DNA of 64,000 nt from an uncultured Bacteroidota bacterium (GCA_963793455.1 CAWCAK010000008.1:298480-362479), one strand, 5' to 3'; shown: positions 39,102 to 50,364, counted from the stretch's first letter. Program-made: numbers and translations. The notes: generated from the letters alone by a model not told the origin.

Positions 39102-41045
39102 TTATCCGGGTCCCGGCACAACCGTGCCCACAAATCCGCCAAAAGGCAATACAGGGATCGTTAGCTCCTGACCTTCAGGAAGCTGGTATTCCTCTTTCGC
39201 CAGCTCTGCAGGACCGCTACCGTCTGCAATGATCTTCAATGTGGATGCAGTTTCCATAAAAGGAAGGCTGAAGGAGATCTCCCTGGCTTCCCTCTCGCCG
39301 TTGATGCAAGCCACATACCATGTTTCCCCTTTCCTTCTTGCCAGCACCACATGCTCCCCGGGAGAGCCCGTCAAGAACCTGGTCTCGTCCCAGGCCACCG
39401 GCACCTTCTTCAGGTATTGGATGGCAAATCCGGGTAGCCCCAGGTATGATTCCGGGTTATCGCAGATATGGGTGATCCCCGACTCGAAAACCACGGCCTG
39501 GGCCAGCTCAAAGGCGTAGGTGGTGAGGTGGGGGAACTTGCGGTTGGAGATTCCCACCGGGGTAAAATCCATGGGGCCTACCACGTTGCGGGTGAACACC
39601 GAAATAACCTGGTGTGCAGGTGATTGCTCCGGAAAGGTTTGATTGTACCGGTAGGCCTCCTGTCCCTTGATGGCCTCCATGGACATCAGGTTGGGGTAGG
39701 TCCGCCTCCATCCCCTGGGCAGGGTGCACCCGTGGAAGTTGACCAGCAGCTCATTCTCTGCCGCGTCCCTGAGGATACCCGTGTACTGGTCAATGATGCA
39801 CTGCTTGTCGCTGTTGAAGAAATCCACCTTGATCCCCCTGATCCCCATGTCATGGATCCTTTTGAACTCCTCCCTCCGTTTTTCAGGTACGTACATGGCC
39901 GCATTCCGGGCCTCCTCGGGTGTGTGCCTTCTCCCGCCCGAGTTATACCATACCAGCAGGCCCACTCCCTTCTTATCCGCATACTTCACCAGCTGTTCAA
40001 TATCGCCGCCGGCCATCTCCGGCCAGCCAGCATCCACCAGGCTGTATTCCCATCCCATCTCCGCAGCCAGGTCCACATACTTTTCAAGCACTCCATAATC
40101 CCTGGCACCAAGATCTTCCGACCACCAGCTCCAGGATGCCCTTCCCGGACTGATCCATGAAATGTCCTCAAGCCGGTTCTTCTCAGCCAGGTGGGTGACC
40201 ATATTGGATTCTACCACAGGGCCGATCCCCTCAGAAATGACAATAAAACGCCAGGGCAGAGCGGCAGGCAGCTCGACCACCGGTTCACCGGGACAACGGC
40301 CCAGGGCCTCCTCCTCTACCGGAAGGCTTACGCGGTAAACACCCCCGTCACAATCACCCTCCAGGTGCACGCCACAGTAGTTCTCATCCAGGCCCGACTC
40401 GGAAACCAGCATCCAGCACGCCCCAGTTTTGAAGAGCATGGGGAAAGCCCATCCGTTGCTCCCTTCCGGGGCCGGAGCACCCACCTCCATGGGGCCCTGG
40501 TAATAGGTCTCATAGGCAGGGGATGTGCCCGAAACCCTGTCATAGGGATGCATCCATGCCTCTCCCTCCGGAACCCGGAAACCGGTCAGTTCCCGTGCTA
40601 CCGTCACATACTCGCCCGGTTGACCCGGAAGTGTATACCGGAACGCCACCCCATCATCATATGCCCTCAGCACAAGTCCCAGCCGGGTCCCGCCGGGAGA
40701 CTCGAACAGGAGGGAGATCTCGTTAGAATGGCTGCGGCATTTGAGCTGTTTCCCCGAGGTAAGGGTGTACTCCTCGTCCACCACTTCTACCTTCGAAACG
40801 CTTTTAAACACCAGTCCGCCGGAAAGATCATCTTCCTCCAGCACGATCCCCAGGGGGGATGACTCCATGACAGGCGAGCCCTTCAGGATGATGTTGTATT
40901 GAAGTACACCTGAATCATCCAGTGCCACCTGAAGGGCCAGGTGGCCGTCAGGGGAATCGACTTTCCATGCATGTTCCGGGGAACTGCAGGAAAAGATCAT
41001 GCCGGCCAGTATCAAGAACGAAAATGTTCGCATGGTATTCCTCAT
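39102..41045 (-). CDS. Glycoside hydrolase family 97 (copy B), lipoprotein
   Basis: Lipobox IFSC. Motifs SPDG, YDDGVAFRY, PGRASWSWW, GIKVDFF, NFHG and FTRNVVGPMDFTP. Confidence 0.92.
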   Translation of the reverse strand: MRNTMRTFSFLILAGMIFSCSSPEHAWKVDSPDGHLALQVALDDSGVLQYNIILKGSPVMESSPLGIVLEEDDLSGGLVFKSVSKVEVVDEEYTLTSGKQLKCRSHSNEISLLFESPGGTRLGLVLRAYDDGVAFRYTLPGQPGEYVTVARELTGFRVPEGEAWMHPYDRVSGTSPAYETYYQGPMEVGAPAPEGSNGWAFPMLFKTGACWMLVSESGLDENYCGVHLEGDCDGGVYRVSLPVEEEALGRCPGEPVVELPAALPWRFIVISEGIGPVVESNMVTHLAEKNRLEDISWISPGRASWSWWSEDLGARDYGVLEKYVDLAAEMGWEYSLVDAGWPEMAGGDIEQLVKYADKKGVGLLVWYNSGGRRHTPEEARNAAMYVPEKRREEFKRIHDMGIRGIKVDFFNSDKQCIIDQYTGILRDAAENELLVNFHGCTLPRGWRRTYPNLMSMEAIKGQEAYRYNQTFPEQSPAHQVISVFTRNVVGPMDFTPVGISNRKFPHLTTYAFELAQAVVFESGITHICDNPESYLGLPGFAIQYLKKVPVAWDETRFLTGSPGEHVVLARRKGETWYVACINGEREAREISFSLPFMETASTLKIIADGSGPAELAKEEYQLPEGQELTIPVLPFGGFVGTVVPGPG

Positions 41046-43180
41046 AGTATCATGAATTTATGCGTTTGGATTATCTCCTGGCCATTCCTGACCATGGCGA
41101 TGTAGATACCCGGTGACAATGCCTCCACCGGGATGTAAACGGCTGTTTCACTGGATCGTTCCACCGACCTCACCTGCTTTCCAAGCAAGTCGTAGAGCGC
41201 GACGGAGGATTCCCCCCTTTCCTGACCGAAAAATGCCAGGATCCGCCGGGGATTACCCGCCAGAATGAGATGAACATCCATCATTTCTGCAGGTTGCCGG
41301 TTTTCTTGCAGGGAAGTGGCCACGGAATCAAAACGCGCATAAAGGATCCAGTCCCGGTCCATGGTCAGGAGCAGGGGATTCTCCCCACTGGTCAAATCGC
41401 CGGTCCAGTTCCGGAACTCCCAGCCTGTTCCCGGGGTGGCTGTCAGGGTGACTTCAGTCCCCCACACCAGGCTGTCCCCCTCTGGGGCCATCCCCACCGT
41501 TCCGCCCCCCCCGATCCCCACGGTCAGGGTATGGTAGGCCGGGCTGAAACGGGCAACCAGCTCCGTGTTTCCGGTAACGGTCAATTCAAGGGGATTCTCG
41601 TCACCCGTGTAATCCCCGCTCCATCCGGAGAACTCCCATCCCTCCTCCGGAACCGCGGTCAGGATTACCCCGGTCCCGTATGTGTATTGTTCCAGTACAG
41701 GATCCTGTTCGATCTCTCCGTTCCCGAGCACACCCGTTTGCAGGCTGTAGTATTCCCGGACAAAGCTGGCCTTGACAGAGGCCACGGAATCGGCAAAAGT
41801 CACCTCTGCGACACTGCTTGTTGAATCGGTGATGACGGCATCCCCACCGGTGACCGACCAGTGGCTGAAACGGTACCCGGGGGGGATCACGTCCACCCGA
41901 ACCAGGGCTGTACCTCCCGGGGTGACCATCCACCTCTCCTGTGGCACCACTCCGGCCCCGGGAGTCCCGTCTGTTGTTACTTGTAAGGACCGGGCAGGGG
42001 ATAGTTCAGGCGCCAGTGGCTGCAGGGATTCCCCGCCTCCCCCAACGCTCCCTGGTCCGTTGTTATCCACGATATGCAGATGGGGCATGATGCGCACCAT
42101 GTCCCTGTACCAGGGGTTTCCTGATTGGTCCTGGGTCACGAAATCGTACCCGTACTTTTGTTTGAATTCCACCGGCACACACCCGTTGGGCCCATCTTCC
42201 GCGGCGATCATCATCCTGGCCCAGGGTACACCTTCCACCTGGTAGGCCCCGTAATTCTGAAGGGTCCAGGCGATCTTCCTGCCCGGTTCCGTCTCCAGCC
42301 CGAGGCTATCGATATCGATCCACGGTGGAATGGCCCTCAGGCACCCGATCTTCGCCTCGGGCTCGGTGCTGTTATAGCTTTCGGCTGCATTGGAATCGTG
42401 CTTCCGGGCAGGCCAGCGAAACCCGGTATTCGTAACATGGTCATAATAGAGGTAGTGGTTTCCCGGGAAACTGATCTTCAGGGCATGCCGTATGGGTCCT
42501 GCCCCGGGTGCCAGTTCACCCACCCGGATGGCCCCGCCCAGGGAGCTCAGGCCAGAGCCCCCGTGGTTTCCCAGGCGTCCCTCCCCGTACAGGTCCGTGT
42601 CTTCAGTTCTCGAAATACTTGTCCCTGTGCTTATTAACCCGGTAGTGATCACGCTGTCACTGCACACCTGGAAAGGCTGGGTCTGCACGATGTTCCTCCC
42701 GTCTGCCTTCAGGATCGCCCCGGGATTGTTGGGTCTCGTGCCGTAAAACGTGGTGATGTATCCATCGGGTACCGGGAGCCGGATCCACACTTTCTCGGTA
42801 GCCTTCTGGCATCTTGTTGTGTGATTGGTTCCGTCTATCCATTTATAGATGGTCCCATACACGGGCCGGATTGTCTCGTCCGGGGTCATGATCAGGATAT
42901 CGAGGTCTACCATGATCCCGTCAATATGGCCCGGGCTGACAGGCTGGGGAGTGTATGTAGCCCCCGTACCAATGGGCATGTTCCAGAAGGAGTATGTGTC
43001 AAAAGGCCAGGAATAGGGATCCCTGTATTCCACCGAATCCACTGCCACGTCCACCCTATCCATGAACTGAAGTGGACGGGCCCCTTTGCCAGGGCCGTCA
43101 CCGTGACCTGCGAATCCTGTTGAAACTGCCATCAGGACCATCAGCCCTGACACTATCGCTTCTCTCAGGTACCGGGTCAT
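41042..43180 (-). CDS. T9SS-secreted protein: uncharacterised N-terminal enzyme-like domain, InlB-B/bacterial-repeat domains and CTD (paralogue B)
   Basis: Motifs RDPYSWPF..SFWNMPIG, HGGSGLSSLGG, IRHALK, RWPA and YGAY. Repeats GT.V.LTA.P..GW.F..W.GD. C-terminal YDLLGK...PGIY. Confidence 0.75.
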   Translation of the reverse strand: MTRYLREAIVSGLMVLMAVSTGFAGHGDGPGKGARPLQFMDRVDVAVDSVEYRDPYSWPFDTYSFWNMPIGTGATYTPQPVSPGHIDGIMVDLDILIMTPDETIRPVYGTIYKWIDGTNHTTRCQKATEKVWIRLPVPDGYITTFYGTRPNNPGAILKADGRNIVQTQPFQVCSDSVITTGLISTGTSISRTEDTDLYGEGRLGNHGGSGLSSLGGAIRVGELAPGAGPIRHALKISFPGNHYLYYDHVTNTGFRWPARKHDSNAAESYNSTEPEAKIGCLRAIPPWIDIDSLGLETEPGRKIAWTLQNYGAYQVEGVPWARMMIAAEDGPNGCVPVEFKQKYGYDFVTQDQSGNPWYRDMVRIMPHLHIVDNNGPGSVGGGGESLQPLAPELSPARSLQVTTDGTPGAGVVPQERWMVTPGGTALVRVDVIPPGYRFSHWSVTGGDAVITDSTSSVAEVTFADSVASVKASFVREYYSLQTGVLGNGEIEQDPVLEQYTYGTGVILTAVPEEGWEFSGWSGDYTGDENPLELTVTGNTELVARFSPAYHTLTVGIGGGGTVGMAPEGDSLVWGTEVTLTATPGTGWEFRNWTGDLTSGENPLLLTMDRDWILYARFDSVATSLQENRQPAEMMDVHLILAGNPRRILAFFGQERGESSVALYDLLGKQVRSVERSSETAVYIPVEALSPGIYIAMVRNGQEIIQTHKFMIL

Positions 43181-45246
43181 TGCTTGATAAACCTGAAGGT
43201 GGAATACTCATTTTCATTGATCAGGGCACGGGCAAAATAGATCCCTGTGCCAAAGCTGCTGGTGCTTACACGGATCTCTCCCCCCCTCCCGTCGGGATAA
43301 CGCTGACAATCCTTCCGTTCACATCCAGGATGTGGATTCTGCCGCTCATTTTCCCGGCCGGAAACCTGAAGAGGAGCGCCTGCTCAGCAGGCAACTGGAT
43401 CATCTGAACTGTTGAACCTGCATCATCCTCCGCATGTTCACCCGGTTGACCGATTGAAGTGGCGACCTGGTCGTATGAAGCATAGACGATCCAGTCCCGG
43501 TTCATGGTCAGGGACAGCGGATTCTCCTCGCTGGTCAGATCCCCGGTCCAGTTCCTGAAAACCCAGCCTGTATCCGGGATGGCAGTCAGGGTTACCTGCG
43601 TACCGCTGGGCAGGCTGTCCCCCGCTGGTTCGGTTGTAACACTTCCCTGGCTGGCAGATCCGGCCACCAGGTTGTAATAGATCCTTGTAAAGCCGGCTGT
43701 GATATGGGTGTCCCCGGTGATGGTAACCACCAGGGGATTCTCCGTACCGGTACGGTCTCCCGACCATCCGGCAAATTGGTACCCTTCAGCCGGTATGGCT
43801 GTCAGGGTGACTTCTGTGCCGAACGGGTAGGTTTCCAGGACGGGATCCTGCCCGATGGTTCCGTTATCCCCTTCGGCAGTGGTGAGCGTGTAGGATTTCA
43901 TGACAAAATTGGCACGCACCACCGCGTCGGTTGAATCAAGGATCACCGATGTGGATGGGCTGGCGGTATCAAAAATGGTGGCCGATCCCTCCAGCAGGGA
44001 CCAGTGGCTGAAGGTGCATGCCTGAGGGTCCGTCGTGTAGGCGGCGATCCTGGTCTCGATCCACCGGCTGGCCTCAAAGCTTCCTTCCGGTGAAGCGATG
44101 GCCCCGCCGGTACCGTCTGCCTGCACGGTCAGCCGGCTGGTGGGATAGAATTCAGGGGCTGGATCCGCCCTGGGCTCACCCCCGCCTCCGATGGACGACG
44201 CCGCGTTGTTGTCCACCACGTGCAGGTTCAGGAAAATCCGGTCCATGTCCCGGCCCCAGGGGGTGTTCTTGCTCCCCTCCTTGAACGGGAATCCCCAGTC
44301 GCTTCTGAACTGGTCGGTGAACCTTCCTTCGGGCGACCACTCGGTGATAAACGCGTAGACATCCCAGGCGGTGTTGTCGACCAGGTAAGCACCATAGTCC
44401 CGCATGGCCTCCGCCAGGATCCGGGCCGGCTGGGTCTCGAACGACAGCGAGTCCAGGTCGATCCAGGGAGGAATGGCCAGCAGGGCCCCCATTCGGCACG
44501 CCTTCACCGCGGGTTTGGTCCGAAGGGTCCCGTATGATCCTGCTGCCCCCCCGTCGGCTGTTGTAGCGGGCCAGCGGAACCCCCCGGTGGTTTCATCGTA
44601 GTAGACGTTCTTTTCACAAAAGAGGTTCACCTTGAGGGCATGGCGGATGGGGCCCGATCCCGGTCGCAGGTCCCCCAGCCTGAGCGCCCCCCCGATGGCC
44701 GACAGGCGTGATCCGCCGTGGGCACCATAATATCCCGTGCCATAAATACTTTCCGCTGAAAATCCCGTCGTACTTCGTGGTCCCGATCTCGCCTGCCTCA
44801 CAATGCGCGAATGGCTGTGTTTGCCGGATGGTAAGGCGGTCAGGCATCAGCACGGCCAGTCCGCTGTTGGGGGTAAGCCCGTCCCAGGTGTCGGGGCTCA
44901 CGATGAAATCATGGGGGACAGGGGCCGAGAGCATGACGGCCCCCTCGGCCGGGCACCTGCTTTTGGTACGGTCCCAGCCGGCGTAGTTCTTATGGATTTT
45001 CATGATCCTTGCCTCGGGCCGCATGACGATCACATCCTCATCTACGGTCATCCCCCGGCTCATGGCCCGCTCGATGCCAGCGTGCACGTACACCGCATCA
45101 CTACCGACGGGGGTGTTCCAGATGGAGTTCACAGAGAAGGGCCATTTCAGCGGGTCCCTGTACTCCTGTCCCGCCGCCGGCTGGCTCAGAGACACCATCC
45201 CGGCCAGGCAGGCCACTAATATGGAGAATTTATCCGAAAATCTCAT
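43177..45246 (-). CDS. T9SS-secreted protein, paralogue A of 41042-43180 (frameshifts near 44760 and 43283)
   Basis: Motifs RDPLKWPFSVNSIWNTPVG, HGGSRLSAIGG, IRHALK, RWPA and YGAYLVD, with the same repeats. The shifted tail GTGIYFAR...FIKQ* ends in an ATGA overlap with the next gene. Confidence 0.75.
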
Positions 45247-45323
45247 GTTACAAGAATTAGCACCCCTTTCGGTTAACAACCGGGGCAAGGGGCTGCCTCT
45301 GATCAACGGCTTCTCCGGGCAGA

Positions 45324-47180
45324 TCAATCGAAATACCGGATATACCAGTTTTCCTCATCGAGGAGCAGGTTATACATGGCCTCCCTTCGTTCCTGGGGGA
45401 ATTTGGCAGACACAGTCTTTGCCAGGAAGGCAGGATCATCCCTCCGTTTGGCCACCCTGACCAGGTCGAAGAAACGCTCCCCTTCGAAAGCCAGTTCCCG
45501 TGCCCGCTCGTCAAGAATTTTCTCCTCAAGAACCAATTGCTTGGCAGACAGGTTGTTGAAGAGGTCCCTGTACCCTGTGATCTCGTTTGTATAAGGATCA
45601 AAGTAATACTCAATGTTCGACACCCTGATCCGGTCATCCCCCCTTCCAAGCTGTACCCGGCCCCGGACCCCTCTCTGGGGCCTGCCCGGGTCGGTGCTGT
45701 AATTGCTGCCGTCATTGAGGATATTGACAGCGTACTGGGTATAGGTTCTTGGCGGCCCTCCCTCGGAAAAGGCCCAGTATGTATATACCTCAGCCATCCA
45801 GAGGTGGATGCCGGCAGCCCGGTAGACAATGAAATCGGCATCCTCGTCATAGATGTCCTTGGACAGGGAATATTTCCACACCACGGGATAGTATCCCTGC
45901 ATGATGTTGTCATAGGCCCTGTAATCCTCAAGCGCTCTTTTCTGAAGCGCCTGCATGACCATGGAGGCCTCCAGGAACTGGGATCCGTTGTAATAGGTAT
46001 AGGAAGCTCCCGGTCCCCTGTACTGGTCACCGGGTTTTCCGGGATTAATAACCCTGGTATTCTGCGGGGCACCATCGACGAAATTGATATTCTGACCGCG
46101 CCATACGGTCTCCCACATATCGATGGCTACCTGGGATGGTTTCAACTGGTAAAGGTGGGGGGATTCCGTCTCAAACATGTCCTGCAGGCTATGCTGCTGC
46201 CGCTCACCTTTGCTGAAAGGCAGGGTGAAAATGTGTTCCACGTTGTTGATGTCCGGGAATATGCTCTTCCAGTTGGAACTCAGGAACGTATTATCGATCT
46301 GGTACCTGAACGCATCCGTACTGTTGATCATGATCTTCCTGAAATTTGCCTCGGCACTGGCCAGGTCCCCCTGTGTAAGGTACATATGGCCCAGCAGTGC
46401 GTGGTATGCATAGGTGTTCCATATGGTGATCTCCCACGTCGCATCATTGTTCTCCACATAATGGTTTACACCCACCGCTTTGACTTCATATACAAGTTCG
46501 TTGATGAACGCATCCAGCACAATCTCCAGGTCCAGGTATTTCTTTTCCAGCTCAATGGTGTGGTTGTAGGTGGTGTCGTTGTAGAACCCATCCTTTGCAA
46601 AATCGATGTACACACTGTCGATATAGGTCCCGGGTGACTCCACATATGCCAAGATCTCTTCCACTGTTTGCAGGGATTCATAGATATAGGGAACCTTCCC
46701 GTATATCCTGACTGCCATGAAATAGGCCCAGGCCCGCATGCAGAGCACCTCTCCATAGAGCCTGTCATAGTTGGTCACGGCACTCTCCGGGTCGACCACT
46801 TCCGGGTGGCTCTTCTGAAGGATACCGGCCAGGTTGTTGCATGCGCCAATCAGTTCGAAGAACTTGGTGGGAGAAGCATACTTGTTGCCTTCAGAAACAT
46901 TGAAATCGTGGATCTCAACCATGTCCGCATCGGCGTTCTGGGTAACTGTCAACAGGTCACCCCTCAGTTCCCCCAGGACAATGATCTGCTCCACCAGCTG
47001 TTGCTGGATGGCATAAAGTCCCATTTCAGCTGCCCGGAACTCATACCAGTCTTTGAATAACCGTTCCTCGGTTACGGCAAGGCCCTGCTCCGGTAAAAAG
47101 AATTTTTCACACGACGTTATGCAAATGCCCGACACAAAAACAATTCCCGTAATGAGTAGTAATCTGAAGTTCCGCATCAT
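45324..47180 (-). CDS. susD: RagB/SusD family outer-membrane glycan-binding lipoprotein (pair 2)
   Basis: Lipobox ITSC. Motifs LGELRGD, RAWAYF..VRIYGKVP and DERARELAFEGERFFDLVR. Confidence 0.92.
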   Translation of the reverse strand: MMRNFRLLLITGIVFVSGICITSCEKFFLPEQGLAVTEERLFKDWYEFRAAEMGLYAIQQQLVEQIIVLGELRGDLLTVTQNADADMVEIHDFNVSEGNKYASPTKFFELIGACNNLAGILQKSHPEVVDPESAVTNYDRLYGEVLCMRAWAYFMAVRIYGKVPYIYESLQTVEEILAYVESPGTYIDSVYIDFAKDGFYNDTTYNHTIELEKKYLDLEIVLDAFINELVYEVKAVGVNHYVENNDATWEITIWNTYAYHALLGHMYLTQGDLASAEANFRKIMINSTDAFRYQIDNTFLSSNWKSIFPDINNVEHIFTLPFSKGERQQHSLQDMFETESPHLYQLKPSQVAIDMWETVWRGQNINFVDGAPQNTRVINPGKPGDQYRGPGASYTYYNGSQFLEASMVMQALQKRALEDYRAYDNIMQGYYPVVWKYSLSKDIYDEDADFIVYRAAGIHLWMAEVYTYWAFSEGGPPRTYTQYAVNILNDGSNYSTDPGRPQRGVRGRVQLGRGDDRIRVSNIEYYFDPYTNEITGYRDLFNNLSAKQLVLEEKILDERARELAFEGERFFDLVRVAKRRDDPAFLAKTVSAKFPQERREAMYNLLLDEENWYIRYFD

Positions 47181-47193
47181 GCTGCAAAATATT

Positions 47194-50100
47194 TTAGAAT
47201 CCCAGCCTGGCACCAATCAGGATGTGCCTGGTTATGGGAGTTTGTCCGTAATCAATGCCCTGGTTCACCTGCAAATAGGAGTAAGCGAATTCGGGACTGT
47301 ATCCCAGGTAATTTGAAAAAGTAAACAGGTTCAGTGCCGAAGCATAGAATTCTGCATTCCGGAAGACCAGGAACTTGTCCGGGATCGTGTAGCTCAGGTA
47401 GAGATTGGCCAGCCTGGCATACCTGCCATCCTCGATCCACCGGGTGGAGAATGCCGCATTCCCCATGGGATCATTCCATGTGGCTTTGGGCACGTTTGTC
47501 ACCTGTCCCTCCGATTGCCACCTGTTCAGCACATAGGTGCTCTGGTTCTCCAGACCGGTCATGCTTTCGTTCCGCGAGCGGACATAATTGAATGCCTCGT
47601 TCCCTGACACGAAATCAAAGTGGACAGACAACTCCCAGCGCTTGTAGGTAAAGGTACTGGAAAGCCCTCCGGTATAATCGGGAAGGGCCGACCCGATGAC
47701 GGTTTTATCATATCCGTTGATCACGTGATCTGGTTCCCCCGAGGGACCGGAAATATCCCTGAATATGGCATCGCCAGCGCCAAAGGCCACTCCCTTGTCG
47801 TTGACCAGTCCGGCAGAAGCCGCCGCCTCCGAGGATGCATATACGCCCTCAAAAATGTAGCCGTAAAAGCTATTGGACTTCTCGCCCACCATATTCACGA
47901 TTTCACCACCTTCAACGTGCGTTATCAGCTTGCCGCCCTCGATATCTGTAATCTCATTGGACAGCGCGGAGAAGCAAACATTGATATCCCATTTGAAAGA
48001 AGCCCCGTCCACGATCCTCAGGAATGCAGCCAGGTCCCACCCCCGGTTTTCCAATGTACCGTTGTTTACGGGCCTGGTTTCCTGCCCCAGGTAAGCGTTC
48101 ACCGATGATGAATAGACCAGCAGGTCACTGGTTGTGGAGTTGTACAGGTCAATACTTGCACGGAAACGGTTCCCCAGGATCGCCGCGTCCAATCCGGCAT
48201 TGACCTGATTCACCGATTCATAGGTTAACCGGTCGTTGTGCAGGATGGCAGGATAGAGTCCAACAGCCAGCCTGTACCGCTGGGCCTGGTACCAGTTCAG
48301 GGAATTGGTTTCTCCCACGTCATCGTTCCCCATTTTCCCATAGGAAACCCTCAGCTTCAGCTCCTCGAGCCAGTGCACGGGATCCATGAATGATTCATTG
48401 GAGATTCTCCATCCAAGACCGGCAGAGTAGAACAGGCCCATGGGCTGGTTGAAGATATTCACCGTATTGTCGGCATGCCTCCCGATCCGGGAAGAACCGT
48501 CCAGGGAGACCGTTGCATTCACCAGGTATTTATCACGGTAGGCATAGGCCAGGAATTCGTAAAAGGAGAGCCAGTTCCAATCGGTGTTTTGGCCACCCAT
48601 ATCCCTCAGGATGTTGGTCCCGTTGTTCAGCCTGCGGTACTCATCGCTTTCATGGGCATTCTTTGTCAACCCCCAATCATACTGAAAACGGCTGGTGCTC
48701 AGGTTCATTCCGGTTGAAGACCTTACCTGGTGGTCGGTGCCGAACTGCCTTGCATAGTGGAGATAGGTATTGTTATAGACGGAGATCAGCTGGTTGTTTG
48801 ATACTTTGGCCACATTGTAGGCTTCATCCCTGAAATAGAGCTCCATACCGTGGTTGGGCATGAAGAGTTCTTCCTTCTGCGCATTGTAATTCAATCCAAG
48901 CAGCGATATCAGCGACAATGACTTGGCAATATCCATCTCCAGGCGAAGGGAGGAGATGAACTGGTAATTCCTGACCTTGGCCTCATAGCTGCTGATGGTT
49001 GCCAGGGGATTGCTGACGCCAAGCTCCTCCACTTCAGAAAATATATTGATCTCATTGCCATCCGGATCATACTGGAAAGGATTCAGCATGGGGGATTTGG
49101 CCAGGCTGGTGGCGATGGGGCTTGTTTCCGATACGATGGCAGACTCCTTCAGGATGGATGTGCCGTAGTTGAAGGAGACCCCCGCATTCATTTTCATCCA
49201 GCGGAATATGTTCAACGCGCTCACAAACCTGATGTTGTATCCGGAATACCCTGTCTCCTTGACCACACCCTCCTGGTTGGTGTAGCCGAAAAAGAGGCCG
49301 TACCTTGCAATTTCATCCCCGCCCTTCACATTGAGGTTGATGGAGCTCGAAAGTGCATTCTGGAATATGTATTGCTGCCAGTCGGTGTTGTGCTGGTAAT
49401 CAATGTACCCGTCATCATCCGGTTCCAGGTAGAGCCCGGGATACTCCTCTGTGATCTGTTCTTCAATCTTCCCGGTGGTGAACAGAACCTCATTGACCAG
49501 GGTCTTGTGCTGGGTGGCATTCATCTGTGGGATCGTTTTCTGTGGCGCCAGCCTGAACCCTCCTGAAAAGCCCAGTTCGAATTGGGTCTGGGTGGCACTT
49601 GGATCAAGGGTCTCGATCAGGACCAGCCCGTTGGAGGCCTTTGAACCATATGCGGCCAGGATGGCCGGGTCCTTGATGGCCGTAACGGAGGAGATCCCCT
49701 CCGGGCTGATATTCAACAGGGGATTTGTGGCAAAGCCGTCCACGTTCGAGCCAAAAAGGCTGAAGGGGGTGACGGGCAGTCCATCCACCAGGTAGAGTGG
49801 CTGATTTCCAGCATTGATCGATTGAGGCCCCCTGTTCAGGACCACTGTCCCGCTTCCGGGATCCCCCGAACGGTTGGTCACATGCAATCCGGCCATCCTG
49901 CCTTTAAAGAACTGGTCAATACTGATTGCTCCCGACTTATTGACATCCTCCAGGTCCAGTTGCGCATGAGCGGCAATCATATCCTTCAGGACCATGGTTT
50001 GTCCCAGGATGGTCACCTGGTCATCCCCTGCCCGGATCCCGACGGGAGAGAGGTAAACCTTCAGCTCCTGTTGCCCGTTTAGCTTGATCCGCTTCTTTTT

Positions 50101-50364
50101 ATGATCACCCGGGGGGGTCACCATGAGCCAGGCACCGGATGAAGGGACCATCAGCTGGAATCCTCCGTCCTCGCCCGTAACCACGGGCATGGAAGTGGAT
50201 CCCTCTATCCCGATTGAAACCTGTGAAAGGGGCTTGCCCGAGGTTGAAACCACGCTGCCGGTGATCAGAAGCGTGTCCTGACCCAGTGCCTGGCACATGC
50301 CGGATATCATCACTATTGCAGAAAGAGCTGCAACGCTCAAAACCTTGTTGAAAACTTGTTTCAT
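47194..50364 (-). CDS. susC: SusC/RagA family TonB-dependent transporter (pair 2)
   Basis: Plug SGDPG...PLYLVDG...YGSKASNG; DGSSR, LKLRVSYG, N.GW, FSTRWIEDG.Y.RL; C-terminal Phe. Confidence 0.93.
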   Translation of the reverse strand: MKQVFNKVLSVAALSAIVMISGMCQALGQDTLLITGSVVSTSGKPLSQVSIGIEGSTSMPVVTGEDGGFQLMVPSSGAWLMVTPPGDHKKKRIKLNGQQELKVYLSPVGIRAGDDQVTILGQTMVLKDMIAAHAQLDLEDVNKSGAISIDQFFKGRMAGLHVTNRSGDPGSGTVVLNRGPQSINAGNQPLYLVDGLPVTPFSLFGSNVDGFATNPLLNISPEGISSVTAIKDPAILAAYGSKASNGLVLIETLDPSATQTQFELGFSGGFRLAPQKTIPQMNATQHKTLVNEVLFTTGKIEEQITEEYPGLYLEPDDDGYIDYQHNTDWQQYIFQNALSSSINLNVKGGDEIARYGLFFGYTNQEGVVKETGYSGYNIRFVSALNIFRWMKMNAGVSFNYGTSILKESAIVSETSPIATSLAKSPMLNPFQYDPDGNEINIFSEVEELGVSNPLATISSYEAKVRNYQFISSLRLEMDIAKSLSLISLLGLNYNAQKEELFMPNHGMELYFRDEAYNVAKVSNNQLISVYNNTYLHYARQFGTDHQVRSSTGMNLSTSRFQYDWGLTKNAHESDEYRRLNNGTNILRDMGGQNTDWNWLSFYEFLAYAYRDKYLVNATVSLDGSSRIGRHADNTVNIFNQPMGLFYSAGLGWRISNESFMDPVHWLEELKLRVSYGKMGNDDVGETNSLNWYQAQRYRLAVGLYPAILHNDRLTYESVNQVNAGLDAAILGNRFRASIDLYNSTTSDLLVYSSSVNAYLGQETRPVNNGTLENRGWDLAAFLRIVDGASFKWDINVCFSALSNEITDIEGGKLITHVEGGEIVNMVGEKSNSFYGYIFEGVYASSEAAASAGLVNDKGVAFGAGDAIFRDISGPSGEPDHVINGYDKTVIGSALPDYTGGLSSTFTYKRWELSVHFDFVSGNEAFNYVRSRNESMTGLENQSTYVLNRWQSEGQVTNVPKATWNDPMGNAAFSTRWIEDGRYARLANLYLSYTIPDKFLVFRNAEFYASALNLFTFSNYLGYSPEFAYSYLQVNQGIDYGQTPITRHILIGARLGF

